Shown: positions 7,806 to 17,394 of the stretch, piece after piece
How the letters are laid out: each line of letters begins with the position of its first letter
Numbering within the stretch: position 1 is the stretch's first letter
Source: Bacteroidota bacterium
GTDB taxonomy: Bacteria; Bacteroidota; Bacteroidia; Bacteroidales; VadinHA17
DNA: 40,360 nt
Direction: 5' to 3'
NCBI GenBank assembly: GCA_037143835.1
Contig: JBAWXY010000002.1
Location: 1 to 40,360, forward strand
The notes under the pieces: model-generated
What the model saw: the letters and a program-made list of their open reading frames with translations, nothing else
Database searches by the model: none
Told to the model about the DNA's origin: nothing
Translations under genes and position numbers: made by a program

Positions 7806-8927
7806 ATGAGAAAATACTTTCTATTTTGTTGTAGCACAATCCTCTTTGGGTCCCTCTTTTCAAGTTGCAAAGAAGAGTGCAAACTTTTTGTTGGAGGATT
7901 TACTAAACCTGGAGAAAAAGGACTCTCTGTTTTTGAGTTTAATAAAAGAAACGGTGAACTAAAACTAATTTCGGAAGCGGATGTCGGACCTAATCCTTCA
8001 TATTTTTATTATTCCCCTAAGAAACAAATTTTATATACTTTAAATGAGGTAATGCAATTCAATGGCTCCTTTGGAGGTGGCCTTACTTCTTTAAAATATG
8101 ATACTAAAACAAGTGTTTTTGAGAAATTAAATGAAATTCTGATTCCGTATGCGGGACCCTGTTTTATCTCAATCTCGGCAGACAGCAGTTTCCTGTTTAT
8201 TGCAAATTATCCCAATGGCTCAGTTGCAGTTGTAAAACTTGATGAGAAAGGGATTCCGGAGACAATAACCGATACTATATTATACGTAAAAGAAGAACCT
8301 GATATTTCACATGCTCACATGATATTGAATGATCCTGCAGGTAAGAAAGTCTATGTCACTGATCTTGGTCTTGACCGGATTTTAACATATGATTTTGACA
8401 AGGATGCAGGGAAACTTCTCCCGGCAGAGAAAGGGATAACAGAAGTGCCAAAGGGATCAGGACCAAGACATTTCACTTTCAATAAAGATGGTTCGAAACT
8501 TTATGTGATAAATGAACTTGGTTCAAAAATGATGGTTTTTAATGTTGATGCAAATGATGGGCTGAAGTTGTTGCAGACTTTACCAACTGCCAGAGCGAGT
8601 TATATTGAGAATAACTATTGCGCTGATATCCATATTGGGAATAATGGCAAGTATCTTTATGGTTCAAACAGGGGAGATAACAGTATTGTTACCTTCAGGA
8701 TTGACAATAATGGGCTCTTAAGCCTTGTGGGACATACATCATGCGGGGGTAACTGGCCAAGAAATTTTGTTATAGATCCATCAGGTAAGTTTCTCCTTGT
8801 CGGAAATCAGAAATCCAACGATATTTCAGTTTTTAAAATTGATAAAAGTACCGGACTACCAAAAGAACCTGCAAGACAAATTAAGGTAACCACTCCTGCC
8901 TGTCTGAAGTTTATTAATGTCAAATAG
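7806..8927 (+). CDS. Lactonase family protein (7-bladed beta-propeller, YbhE/6-phosphogluconolactonase-like), lipoprotein
   Basis: 373-aa ORF. Signal peptide with SLFSSC lipobox. GSGPRHFTFNKDGSKLYVINELGSKMMVF, ADIHIGNNGKYLYGSNRGDNSIVTF and PRNFVIDPSGKFLLVGNQKSNDISVF parallel E. coli YbhE repeats. Confidence 0.8.
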   Translation: MRKYFLFCCSTILFGSLFSSCKEECKLFVGGFTKPGEKGLSVFEFNKRNGELKLISEADVGPNPSYFYYSPKKQILYTLNEVMQFNGSFGGGLTSLKYDTKTSVFEKLNEILIPYAGPCFISISADSSFLFIANYPNGSVAVVKLDEKGIPETITDTILYVKEEPDISHAHMILNDPAGKKVYVTDLGLDRILTYDFDKDAGKLLPAEKGITEVPKGSGPRHFTFNKDGSKLYVINELGSKMMVFNVDANDGLKLLQTLPTARASYIENNYCADIHIGNNGKYLYGSNRGDNSIVTFRIDNNGLLSLVGHTSCGGNWPRNFVIDPSGKFLLVGNQKSNDISVFKIDKSTGLPKEPARQIKVTTPACLKFINVK

Positions 8928-8930
8928 AAA

Positions 8931-9518
8931 TCAAGGGATATTTATAGCATTAAGATAGTCTTTGGTACTTAAAATTACAGCATAGTTTTTGAGGGTGCTC
9001 AATGTTGAATAATGCACATCCTCAGAATTAATTGTTTTATTTCCAAACTTCAGGTCCTTGGTTGCACATGCATCATGAATAAGGATACATTTAAAACCGT
9101 AATCACTTGCCGCTCTTGTAGCAGCTTCAACACACATATGAGTCTGCATCCCACAGATGACAAGTGTATCTATCTTATTCGTTTTCAGGAAATCAAGTAA
9201 ATCAGTCTTAACAAAACAATTAACAGCATCTTTGGTAATAATCTTCTCTGTTGTTAAAGGTTTCACAATATCATTTATCTTCCCTCCTGGTTCGGAGTTA
9301 TGCCGCACATGTATTACCAGTTGTTTTTTACTCCTGAAATCGTCCAGCAACAGGGCTGCATTTGCTGCGGCTTTTTCAGGTTCAACAAGAGCGGACTTTC
9401 CTCCTGGAAAATAAAAATCCTGTATATCAATTATTAACAGGGCTTTTTTGCCAGTCTGGGCGGAAATATTAAAGATTATTATAGTAAGAAGTAAAAATGA
9501 CAGAATTGGTTTTTTCAT
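8931..9518 (-). CDS. Isochorismatase-family cysteine hydrolase with an N-terminal signal peptide
   Basis: 195-aa ORF. Signal-like N-terminus MKKPILSFLLLTIIIFNISAQ. Family blocks ALLIIDIQDFYF and LVICGMQTHMCVEAATRAA (catalytic Cys context). Confidence 0.75.
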   Translation of the reverse strand: MKKPILSFLLLTIIIFNISAQTGKKALLIIDIQDFYFPGGKSALVEPEKAAANAALLLDDFRSKKQLVIHVRHNSEPGGKINDIVKPLTTEKIITKDAVNCFVKTDLLDFLKTNKIDTLVICGMQTHMCVEAATRAASDYGFKCILIHDACATKDLKFGNKTINSEDVHYSTLSTLKNYAVILSTKDYLNAINIP

Positions 9519-9601
9519 AATATCAGAATTTTATTAAGGTTTCGTATTCAAAGATGCCTTTATTTTCTGAACTTATTCACCTGTCTCTCTTCTTCTTGCT
9601 A

Positions 9602-9743
9602 TTTTTACCTCATCCCCCTGGCCCCCTTCTCCTACATTTTTACCTCATCCCCCTGGCCCCCTTCTCCTAAAAGAGAAGGGGGTAACTAAAAGACAAACAG
9701 TGTAATAGCCCCTCTCCCTCGGGAGAGGGGTTGGGGTGAGGTA
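9602..9743 (+). repeat. Copy 3 of the double-hairpin repeat, carrying an extra tandem copy of its left arm
   Basis: The 32-nt unit TTTTTACCTCATCCCCCTGGCCCCCTTCTCCT occurs twice (9602-9633 and 9637-9668). The full element then follows: GAGAAGGGGG, spacer, CCCCTCTCCC-tc-GGGAGAGGGG, TTGGGGTGAGGTA. Confidence 0.85.
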
Positions 9744-9813
9744 AAAAAAGAACAGAAGAAAATCAACAAATTTTATGTGTGAGTTTTCTGATAATCATAA
9801 ATTCTTTTTACCG

Positions 9814-9821
9814 TATATTTG
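9814..9821 (+). promoter_or_regulatory. Candidate -7 box (TAnnTTTG) for the ENPP gene
   Basis: TATATTTG lies 24 nt upstream of the ATG at 9845. This supports 9845 over the GTG at 9779 as the start. Confidence 0.4.
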
Positions 9822-9844
9822 ACAAGTTTTTACCCTATTTAAAT

Positions 9845-11104
9845 ATGAAGAAAACAGCAGGTTTTCACCCGGGAGTTCTTCTTAACAAAGTATCTAAATT
9901 TACCGTTTTTATGTTTATTGTGATCCTGATTATTTTTTCAGGTTTCAGGAAGGATTCCAGAAAACCATTCAAAAACTATGTTGTTCTGGTTTCGCTCGAT
10001 GCCTTTAGATGGGATTATTGTAAATTGTATAATACTCCGAACCTTAACAAACTTGCGAAAGATGGAGTAAAAGCAGATAGGATGATTTCTTCTTTTCCTA
10101 CAAACACATTTCCGAATCACTATTCAATTGCAACAGGGCTATATCCCGATCATCATGGCCTGATAAATAACAGTTTCCCTGCTCCTGATCTCGGACTTTA
10201 CTATAGGATGGGTGACAGGGCTGCGGTTGAGAACCCTGCTTTTTATGGTGGAGAACCTGTGTGGGTTACAGTGGAAAAACAGGGTGTCAGAGCTGCCTCA
10301 TTTTTCTGGGTGGGTTCGGAAGCTCCTGTGGGAGGGAAGTATCCTGCATACTGGAAAAAATATGATGGGAAAGTAACATTTGAAGAAAGAATTGATACTG
10401 TTATAAAATGGCTTGATTACCCACCACAAAAGCGCCCGGAACTGGTCACATTATATTTCGATGAGCCGGATGGAACAAGTCACGATTTCGGACCTGTTTC
10501 ACCTGAAACAGGGAAAGTTGTAGTGCGCGTTGATAGTCTCATAGGGGTACTCAGGACAAAACTTTCTGCTTTACCCTACGCAAAAAAAATTAACTTAATA
10601 CTGTTATCCGACCATGGTATGTCTGCTGTTTCGTATGACAAATATATTAACCTTAAAGCAGTGGTACCCAACAGAATGATAGCTTCAATATCAGGGGGTA
10701 ATCCGGTTTATCTTATTAATCCTTCAGAAGGTAAGAGAGACAGCGTTCTTCTTTTGTTGAATTCGGTAGAAGGAATGAAAGCATGGAAGAAATCGGAACT
10801 CCCTTCAAAATGGCATTATGGAACCAACCCGCGAATCCCTGAAATTGTTGTTGTTGCAGATAGCTCATGGAGTATTGGCACCAGACCGGATGCCTCTTCA
10901 ATAAAAGGAGGTGCTCATGGTTACGACAACTCAAACTCAGATATGTTTTCAATTTTTTATGCTGCAGGGCCTTCATTTAAAAAGAATTATAAATTCAAAG
11001 AACTGAATAACGTTGATGTCTATAACCTGATCTGCAGAATTCTCGATATAAACCCTGCCAAAAATGATGGCAATCCTTCAAATATTAAAAGAATGCTGCG
11101 CTAG
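9845..11104 (+). CDS. Ectonucleotide pyrophosphatase/phosphodiesterase (ENPP, alkaline-phosphatase superfamily), membrane-anchored or exported
   Basis: Blocks VVLVSLDAFRWDY, FPTNTFPNHYSIATGLYPDHHG, YFDEPDGTSHDFGP, LLSDHGM and GAHGYDN are the metal- and nucleophile-binding blocks of NPP enzymes. N-terminal hydrophobic anchor. Start moved to the ATG at 9845. Confidence 0.8.
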   Translation: MKKTAGFHPGVLLNKVSKFTVFMFIVILIIFSGFRKDSRKPFKNYVVLVSLDAFRWDYCKLYNTPNLNKLAKDGVKADRMISSFPTNTFPNHYSIATGLYPDHHGLINNSFPAPDLGLYYRMGDRAAVENPAFYGGEPVWVTVEKQGVRAASFFWVGSEAPVGGKYPAYWKKYDGKVTFEERIDTVIKWLDYPPQKRPELVTLYFDEPDGTSHDFGPVSPETGKVVVRVDSLIGVLRTKLSALPYAKKINLILLSDHGMSAVSYDKYINLKAVVPNRMIASISGGNPVYLINPSEGKRDSVLLLLNSVEGMKAWKKSELPSKWHYGTNPRIPEIVVVADSSWSIGTRPDASSIKGGAHGYDNSNSDMFSIFYAAGPSFKKNYKFKELNNVDVYNLICRILDINPAKNDGNPSNIKRMLR

Positions 11105-11173
11105 GGTGCATTGCGTTTTTTATTTGTTTTTAGGAAATTTATCCGTATAATTATTATCAAAATCAGATACCGG

Positions 11174-12733
11174 ATGAATCGCGAAGCATTTATTAATGAA
11201 TTACGAAAACAATCAGAGGTTATTTGGGATATAGTTGTTATTGGTGGAGGTGCAACCGGACTGGGAGTAGCTCTTGATGGTGCCTCCCGCGGATATAAAA
11301 CACTATTACTGGAACAATCTGATTTTGCTAAGGGGACCTCTTCGCGAAGCACAAAACTGGTTCATGGAGGTGTAAGGTATATGGCGCAGGGCGATTTGCT
11401 TTTGGTTATGGAGGCTTTGCACGAACGCGGGTTAATGCTTAAAAACGCACCTCATCTTACCTGCAGCCAGGAATTTGTTATTCCGATTTATACTCTGTGG
11501 GATGCTATAATGTACACTGTCGGTCTGAAATTTTATGATCTGCTTGCCGGGCGGTTAAGTATGGGGAAATCATATTTTATCAACCGGGAAAAAACACTGA
11601 ATCGGTTACCTCAGCTAATGCCAAAAGGATTGAAAGGCGGGGTGGTTTATCACGATGGCCAGTTTGACGATTCACGAATGGCTTTAGCCCTGGCTCAATC
11701 CTGTGTTGATAAAGGAGGTCTGGTGCTGAATTATTTTAAAGTGAATGGCTTATTGAAGAATGAGAATGGGAAGATCATTGGTGTAAGGGCAAAGGAAATG
11801 GCTTCAGGAGAGGAGTTCAACCTGAAGGCCAACCTGGTAATAAATGCAACCGGGGTGTTCGCTGACGATGTTGCCAGAATGGATAATCCTGAATCAAAGC
11901 CTACTATAAAGCCTAGTCAGGGCGTACATATCGTTCTCGATAAATCTTTCCTTCAGAGTAACTCGGCTATTATGATTCCGAAAACATCTGATGGAAGGGT
12001 TCTATTTGCAATACCGTGGTATAATGAAGTTGTGATAGGGACGACAGACACACCACTCGATACAATTAGTTTAGAGCCGGTTGCTCTGGAGAAGGAGATC
12101 AATTTTATACTACAAACAGCTGAATTATATCTTATTAAGCCTCCCAGGCGTGAGGACATCCTCTGTATATTTGCAGGGTTGCGCCCCCTGGCAGCCAACC
12201 CCGATAATCCTGCTTCCACAAAGGAAGTTTCTCGCAGGCATAAGATCACTATTTCACCTTCAGGACTTCTTACAATTATTGGTGGAAAATGGACAACTTA
12301 CCGCCGTATGGCTGAGGAGACTATTGATAAAGCCATAAAAGCAGGTTTTCTTGATAGAAGGAAGTGTGTTACCTCAAAACTTAAACTGACAACACTTTCA
12401 GTGATAAATTCTTCTGACCGTTTGCATATTTATGGAGACAAGTCATCTGAAATTGAAAAGATGATAAGTGAAAAACCCGGATTGGGAATTCCCATTGATC
12501 CCAGGTTACCATATACGAAGGCTGAGATGATCTGGATTTGCAAAAACGAAATGCCATTTACCATTGAAGATACTCTGGCAAGGAGGACCCGTGCCTTATT
12601 CCTTAATGCACGTGCAAGTTCAGACATTGCCACTGAAGTAGCCGGTTTGATGGCAGAGGAGCTGGGGTATAATATGAAATGGCAGAAGGAGCAGGTCGAA
12701 TCATACAATCAATTAGTTAAGAACTATATTTAG
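11174..12733 (+). CDS. glpD: FAD-dependent glycerol-3-phosphate dehydrogenase
   Basis: DIVVIGGGATGLGVALDGASRGYKTLLLEQSDFAKGTSSRSTKLVHGGVRY is the classic GlpD N-terminus. The C-terminal alpha-GPDH domain is present. Start set at the ATG at 11174, because the TTG-extended N-terminus looks non-native. Followed by glpK and glpF. Confidence 0.9.
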   Translation: MNREAFINELRKQSEVIWDIVVIGGGATGLGVALDGASRGYKTLLLEQSDFAKGTSSRSTKLVHGGVRYMAQGDLLLVMEALHERGLMLKNAPHLTCSQEFVIPIYTLWDAIMYTVGLKFYDLLAGRLSMGKSYFINREKTLNRLPQLMPKGLKGGVVYHDGQFDDSRMALALAQSCVDKGGLVLNYFKVNGLLKNENGKIIGVRAKEMASGEEFNLKANLVINATGVFADDVARMDNPESKPTIKPSQGVHIVLDKSFLQSNSAIMIPKTSDGRVLFAIPWYNEVVIGTTDTPLDTISLEPVALEKEINFILQTAELYLIKPPRREDILCIFAGLRPLAANPDNPASTKEVSRRHKITISPSGLLTIIGGKWTTYRRMAEETIDKAIKAGFLDRRKCVTSKLKLTTLSVINSSDRLHIYGDKSSEIEKMISEKPGLGIPIDPRLPYTKAEMIWICKNEMPFTIEDTLARRTRALFLNARASSDIATEVAGLMAEELGYNMKWQKEQVESYNQLVKNYI

Positions 12734-12739
12734 GAAAAA

Positions 12740-14236
12740 ATGAAAGAATTCATCTTAGCGCTCGATCAGGGGACAACGAGCTCCCGGGCAATCGTATTCG
12801 ACCATAATGGTCTTCCTGTTGCAGTAGCACAAAAGGAGTTTACTCAGTATTACCCGAAGCCGGGTTGGGTGGAGCATGATCCTGAAGAAATCTGGTCAAC
12901 ACAGGCCGGGGTTGCGCTTGAAGCAATTACCAAGGCAGGACTCGAAAGTACCAATATTGCTGCCATTGGCATCACTAACCAGCGCGAGACTACTATTGTC
13001 TGGAACAGGAAGACCGGGAAACCTGTTCATAATGCTATTGTGTGGCAGGACAGGCGTACTGCCGATTTTTGCGACCAGTTAAAGAGTGAAGGACAGAACC
13101 GGAAGATCCTCGAAAAAACCGGTCTGATCATAGACGCATACTTTTCTGCAACAAAGGTTCGATGGATCTTAGATAATGTGAAGGGAGCCAGGAAACTGGC
13201 AGAAGCCGGGCAGTTGGCATTCGGCACTGTCGATTCATGGCTGGTATGGAATCTGACGCGCGGAGGATTACACATAACAGATGTATCAAATGCCTCCAGA
13301 ACAATGTTGTTTAATATCCATTCACTTAAATGGGATGATGAATTGCTCAAAATTTTTAACATTCCATCAAGCATGCTTCCGGAGGTCAGATCATCCAGCG
13401 AAGTATATGGTAAAACTGTCGGTCAGTTTGCTTCTGATATACCTGTTGCAGGTATAGCCGGTGACCAGCAGGCAGCTCTCTTCGGGCAGATGTGCATCGA
13501 ACCGGGGATGGTAAAGAATACTTACGGAACAGGTTGTTTTATGATGATGAACATTGGTAATAAGCCGATAGAGTCAAAAAGCAAACTTCTTACAACTGTT
13601 GCCTGGAAAATAGGCAATGAGACGCAATATGCTCTTGAAGGGAGTATTTTCATTGCAGGAGCGGTAGTTCAATGGCTACGCGATGGCCTGGGAATTATCA
13701 AAAAATCAGGTGATATTGAGAAACTGGCTGCTAAGGTAAAAGACAGTGAAGGAGTCTACTTTGTTCCCGCTTTCGCCGGGTTGGGTGCTCCGCATTGGAA
13801 CCAGCATGCACGTGGTACCCTGGTAGGAATTACAAGAGGTTCAACATCATCACATATTGCCCGTGCTGCTCTCGATAGCATTGCATATCAGACCCTGGAG
13901 GTGTTGCTTGCCATGCAAAAAGATTCAGGGATTGATATCCGCGAATTGCGGGTTGATGGTGGAGCAACTGTAAATAATAAGCTTATGCAATTCCAGTCCG
14001 ATCTGTTACAGGCAAAAGTGGTACGTCCTAAAATTACTGAGACAACAGCTCTGGGAGCCGCTTATCTGGCCGGACTTGCCGTTAATTACTGGAGCGATAT
14101 CAAAGAGGTTAAGCAGCAATGGCAGATGGATCGTACTTTTTCTCCGCAGATAAAAGCCATTGAGACACATTCACTTATTAAAGGCTGGCATCGTGCCGTA
14201 AACGCATCTAAAGCCTGGGCTGATGATTCAAATTAA
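12740..14236 (+). CDS. glpK: Glycerol kinase
   Basis: 498 aa. The blocks [35 protein letters not shown] and GTGCFMMMN are FGGY kinase motifs specific to GlpK. Confidence 0.95.
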   Translation: MKEFILALDQGTTSSRAIVFDHNGLPVAVAQKEFTQYYPKPGWVEHDPEEIWSTQAGVALEAITKAGLESTNIAAIGITNQRETTIVWNRKTGKPVHNAIVWQDRRTADFCDQLKSEGQNRKILEKTGLIIDAYFSATKVRWILDNVKGARKLAEAGQLAFGTVDSWLVWNLTRGGLHITDVSNASRTMLFNIHSLKWDDELLKIFNIPSSMLPEVRSSSEVYGKTVGQFASDIPVAGIAGDQQAALFGQMCIEPGMVKNTYGTGCFMMMNIGNKPIESKSKLLTTVAWKIGNETQYALEGSIFIAGAVVQWLRDGLGIIKKSGDIEKLAAKVKDSEGVYFVPAFAGLGAPHWNQHARGTLVGITRGSTSSHIARAALDSIAYQTLEVLLAMQKDSGIDIRELRVDGGATVNNKLMQFQSDLLQAKVVRPKITETTALGAAYLAGLAVNYWSDIKEVKQQWQMDRTFSPQIKAIETHSLIKGWHRAVNASKAWADDSN

Positions 14237-14284
14237 GTACTAATAGGAAAATAATTTTAATCGATAAGTAAAAAAATTGAAGAG

Positions 14285-14995
14285 ATGAATGCATTCTTTG
14301 CTGAATTTTTCGGAACCGCCATGATCATTGTGTTTGGAGGAGGTGTGGTATCTAACGTCGTTCTCAATAAAACCAAAGGAAACAACAGCGGCTGGATCGT
14401 AATAACTTTCGGATGGGCCGTCGGAGTTTTTACCGGAGTATTAATCGCAGCGCCATATAGCGGGGCTCACCTGAATCCTGCAGTGACACTTGCTCTTGTA
14501 CTGGCACATAAATTTTCTCTTTCTCTTTTACCTTTATACATCTGTGCCCAGATGCTCGGTGCTATGTTTGGTGCTTTTCTTGTATGGTTAGCCTATAAAA
14601 AGCATTTTGATGCTACAGAAGATGGTGATGCAAAACTGGCAGTATTTTGTACAGCTCCGAATATCAGGAGTTACTGGTATAATGTTTTAACTGAGGTAAT
14701 AGGAACATATGTTCTTGCGCTTGCCGTACTTTATATGGCAGAACCCGAGGTCGGTCTCGGTTCATTGAATGCATTACCCGTGGCTATTGTTGTACTTGGT
14801 CTTGGTCTGTCGTTGGGTGGCCCCACCGGTTATGCTATTAATCCTGCCCGTGATCTGGGTCCGCGTATAATGCATTTCTTTCTGCCAATTCCTAACAAAC
14901 GCGACAGTGACTGGAAATATGCCTGGGTTCCTGTTCTTGGACCACTTGTAGGTGCAGCTCTTGCAGCAGGGATGTTTGTATTGTTCGGTGGATAG
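14285..14995 (+). CDS. glpF: Aquaglyceroporin / glycerol uptake facilitator (MIP family)
   Basis: 236 aa with 6 TM helices. Two NPA boxes (HLNPAVT and INPARD). Lies directly after glpK. Confidence 0.9.
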   Translation: MNAFFAEFFGTAMIIVFGGGVVSNVVLNKTKGNNSGWIVITFGWAVGVFTGVLIAAPYSGAHLNPAVTLALVLAHKFSLSLLPLYICAQMLGAMFGAFLVWLAYKKHFDATEDGDAKLAVFCTAPNIRSYWYNVLTEVIGTYVLALAVLYMAEPEVGLGSLNALPVAIVVLGLGLSLGGPTGYAINPARDLGPRIMHFFLPIPNKRDSDWKYAWVPVLGPLVGAALAAGMFVLFGG

Positions 14996-15015
14996 TACTA
15001 TTTTAGGGCAAGTAC

Positions 15016-15023
15016 TATATTTG
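15016..15023 (+). promoter_or_regulatory. Candidate -7 box (TAnnTTTG)
   Basis: TATATTTG lies 43 nt upstream of the ATG at 15066. Confidence 0.4.
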
Positions 15024-15065
15024 TATTACTATTAAAAAAGACAACGATCTTAAAACAGAAGAATC

Positions 15066-16637
15066 ATGGGAGAAAAAATCAATTTGTTTTTAAGCAAAAT
15101 CAGAAACCTGATCGGAAAGCCGGCTATAAGCAAAATAATATTTATTGCATTGGGAATCTCTTCAACAGTCTGGTTCCTGCTCAGAGTTATTCCAAAACCA
15201 CAAAGGGCTACATATCCATGTATGAAAGCTGCTGCACCACTGATGTCAACATTTGTAGTTTATCTGCTTACATTCTCCGGGTCGGTGTTTGCTTTTCAAA
15301 AAGCTAAATATCATTTTCAAAAAGCCAGATTCATTTATGCAGCTTCATTCCTCATTATTGCAACTTTTTGTGCTTTTATGTTTTTAACTAATAATACCGA
15401 AGAAGTGAATGCCAGCATAATAGATACGAATAGTGTAATGTCAAATTCTCCAATTGGTGTTGAACGTGGTATTTTCCCCGGTCGGGTTGTTTGGGTTTTT
15501 GACCCCAAAGTTGCAACATGGGACGGATCAAACAAATACTGGTGGGATGAAAAAAGTACTTCACAGATTGAAACCGATAAGATGCTTACCGGTACGCTTA
15601 CTTCACTAACCGGAAAAAGGTCTGAAGCAAAAGCCTGGGATGCCCTTTTCAAAAATTTCAATGAAACTAAAAATAAAGGTAAAAACGGATACAGCCCGAA
15701 CCAGAAAATAGCTGTAAAAGTCAATCAGAATAATACGCTCAGACATGCTGATACTACCGGGTTAAATGCATCACCACAATTAGTTTATGCCTTAATACGC
15801 AGTCTGACAAAAGAGGCAGGTGTACCGCAGAAAAACATAACAATATTCGATGCCAGCCGTTTCATTTCTGATAATATTTTCAATAAATGCCACATAGATT
15901 TCCCTGAAGTTTTATTTGTTGATAATGAAGGTGGTAACGGACGCATCAAATCGACTTATGTTGACATGGCTATTCCCTATTCTGTTGATAACGGAAAGCT
16001 TGCAACAGGTCTGGCTACCTGCGCTGTTGAAGCCGATTATTTTATCAATATGGCTTTATTGAAAGGGCATGTCGGTCAAGGCGTTACCCTGTGTGGAAAG
16101 AACCTTTACGGAGCAACAAGTATCGACCGGAACTGGAGAAAAAACGCACATAACAATTTTAATCAGGACCGGCAGGGGAAAGATAAGTATATGACTTTTA
16201 CAGATTTCCTCGGACATAAAGATTTAGGAGGGAAAACCATCTTGTTTATGATTGACGGTTTTTATGCTGCACGTTCTCAGGATGGCCCGCCTTTAATTAA
16301 AGACAAATGGAGAATGGCTCCTTTCAACAATCGCTGGTGCTCCAGCCTGTTCGCTTCTCAGGATGGTGTTGCTTTAGATGCAGTAGGTATTGACTTTTTA
16401 AGGTCAGAGTGGCCCGATCTTGCTGATATAGCATATTCGGAAAAATATTTAGTGGAAGCGGCTCTTGCGAATAATCCTCCTTCGCAGACAGTTTATGATC
16501 CCGAACGTGATGGCAGCCGTTTGAACAGTTTAGGCGTTATGGAGCACTGGAACAATGCTGATGAGAAGAAATACAGCCGCAACCTTGGTAAAAGCTATGG
16601 GATTGAACTGGTGTATGTGCCGATAAATGCAAAATAA
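15066..16637 (+). CDS. DUF362-like protein with an N-terminal multi-helix membrane region
   Basis: 523 aa. About 3 hydrophobic helices in the first 110 aa, including RVIPKPQRATYPC. The later blocks IAVKVNQNN, ITIFDASR, LLKGHVGQGVTLCGKNLYG, ILFMIDGFYA and SQDGVALDAVGIDFL follow the block order I associate with DUF362. Confidence 0.55.
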   Translation: MGEKINLFLSKIRNLIGKPAISKIIFIALGISSTVWFLLRVIPKPQRATYPCMKAAAPLMSTFVVYLLTFSGSVFAFQKAKYHFQKARFIYAASFLIIATFCAFMFLTNNTEEVNASIIDTNSVMSNSPIGVERGIFPGRVVWVFDPKVATWDGSNKYWWDEKSTSQIETDKMLTGTLTSLTGKRSEAKAWDALFKNFNETKNKGKNGYSPNQKIAVKVNQNNTLRHADTTGLNASPQLVYALIRSLTKEAGVPQKNITIFDASRFISDNIFNKCHIDFPEVLFVDNEGGNGRIKSTYVDMAIPYSVDNGKLATGLATCAVEADYFINMALLKGHVGQGVTLCGKNLYGATSIDRNWRKNAHNNFNQDRQGKDKYMTFTDFLGHKDLGGKTILFMIDGFYAARSQDGPPLIKDKWRMAPFNNRWCSSLFASQDGVALDAVGIDFLRSEWPDLADIAYSEKYLVEAALANNPPSQTVYDPERDGSRLNSLGVMEHWNNADEKKYSRNLGKSYGIELVYVPINAK

Positions 16638-16693
16638 CATTTTAATATTCAAAGACAGACCGCTGACATATTTACAATTAAATTTGCTGCCCC

Positions 16694-17394
16694 ATGAGAA
16701 TTTTTGCAACACTATTGATCAGTTTTCTGCCTCTTTTGATTAACTCTCAGAATGTTGAGAATAGAGATCGGCTTAAATATCCATTGAAAATAACTGTCTT
16801 TGGCGCATTAGAGAAACAAGGATATCAGGAATATGCTGATTTTGGATGGGCCTCTTATGCAATTATTGATAAATATGGTCCCTCCCATAACTACGGAATA
16901 AACCTGCAGTTAACCAAACCAATCTGGATTTTTTTCAATTTGATTTTGGAATTGGTTTAAGTAAAACAGATCATCTATTTTCATAATCCCTTTTGACCTC
17001 TTCCCATTCAGACTTCCTCGGTTCTGCTAAAGAAAATAACCATGGATACTATTTGGAAGGTCCTTTGAATCTTTATTATCACAAAAAAAACTATAAACGC
17101 TTTTATATTTCACCGGGAATCGGGATTACACCAAGAATATTACTTTTCAAACAATCAAGCTTAACTGTAATCAATTCAAACTACGAAGATATTATTTCTC
17201 CCGGAAGTGACTTTCGGTTATTTGTTCCAAAAGTGTCTTTAGATCTGGCATTGGGATTCAAAATCAATAAAGGCTATTCAATCCTGACAGATTTTTTTGT
17301 CACGAACAATTCAAAATATTATAAAGAAGAGATAAGTAATATTTTTTTCAGAGATCTTTCATTTGGTCTGAAACTTGCCCTGCAAAAACAATAA
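16694..17394 (+). pseudogene. Probably disrupted gene for an exported, beta-strand-rich (outer-membrane-barrel-like) protein
   Basis: An 88-aa ORF with a signal peptide (frame 2) ends at 16960. Frame 1 is open from 16891 and reads LDFFQFDFGIGLSKTDHLFS, then TAA at 16984-16986. It continues as the 133-aa ORF to 17394. A T7 run at 16929-16935 lies at the likely frameshift point. Candidate -7 box TAAATTTG at 16679-16686. Confidence 0.45.

Noticed and set aside
9602-9668. Possible miniature CRISPR array (two 32-nt direct repeats at a 35-nt period)
   Set aside because: There are only two units, separated by 3 nt, so there are no spacers. The unit is the left arm of the dispersed repeat family, and no cas genes are present.
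9779-9844. A GTG-initiated N-terminal extension of the ENPP gene
   Set aside because: A good TAnnTTTG box at 9814-9821 would fall inside this extension. The ATG at 9845 gives a normal basic-then-hydrophobic N-terminus.
11111-11173. A TTG-initiated extension of glpD, together with the antisense ORF 11101-11352
   Set aside because: The extension (RFLFVFRKFIRIIIIKIRYR) is translated AT-rich intergenic sequence. The FAD-binding fold begins at the normal distance from the ATG at 11174.
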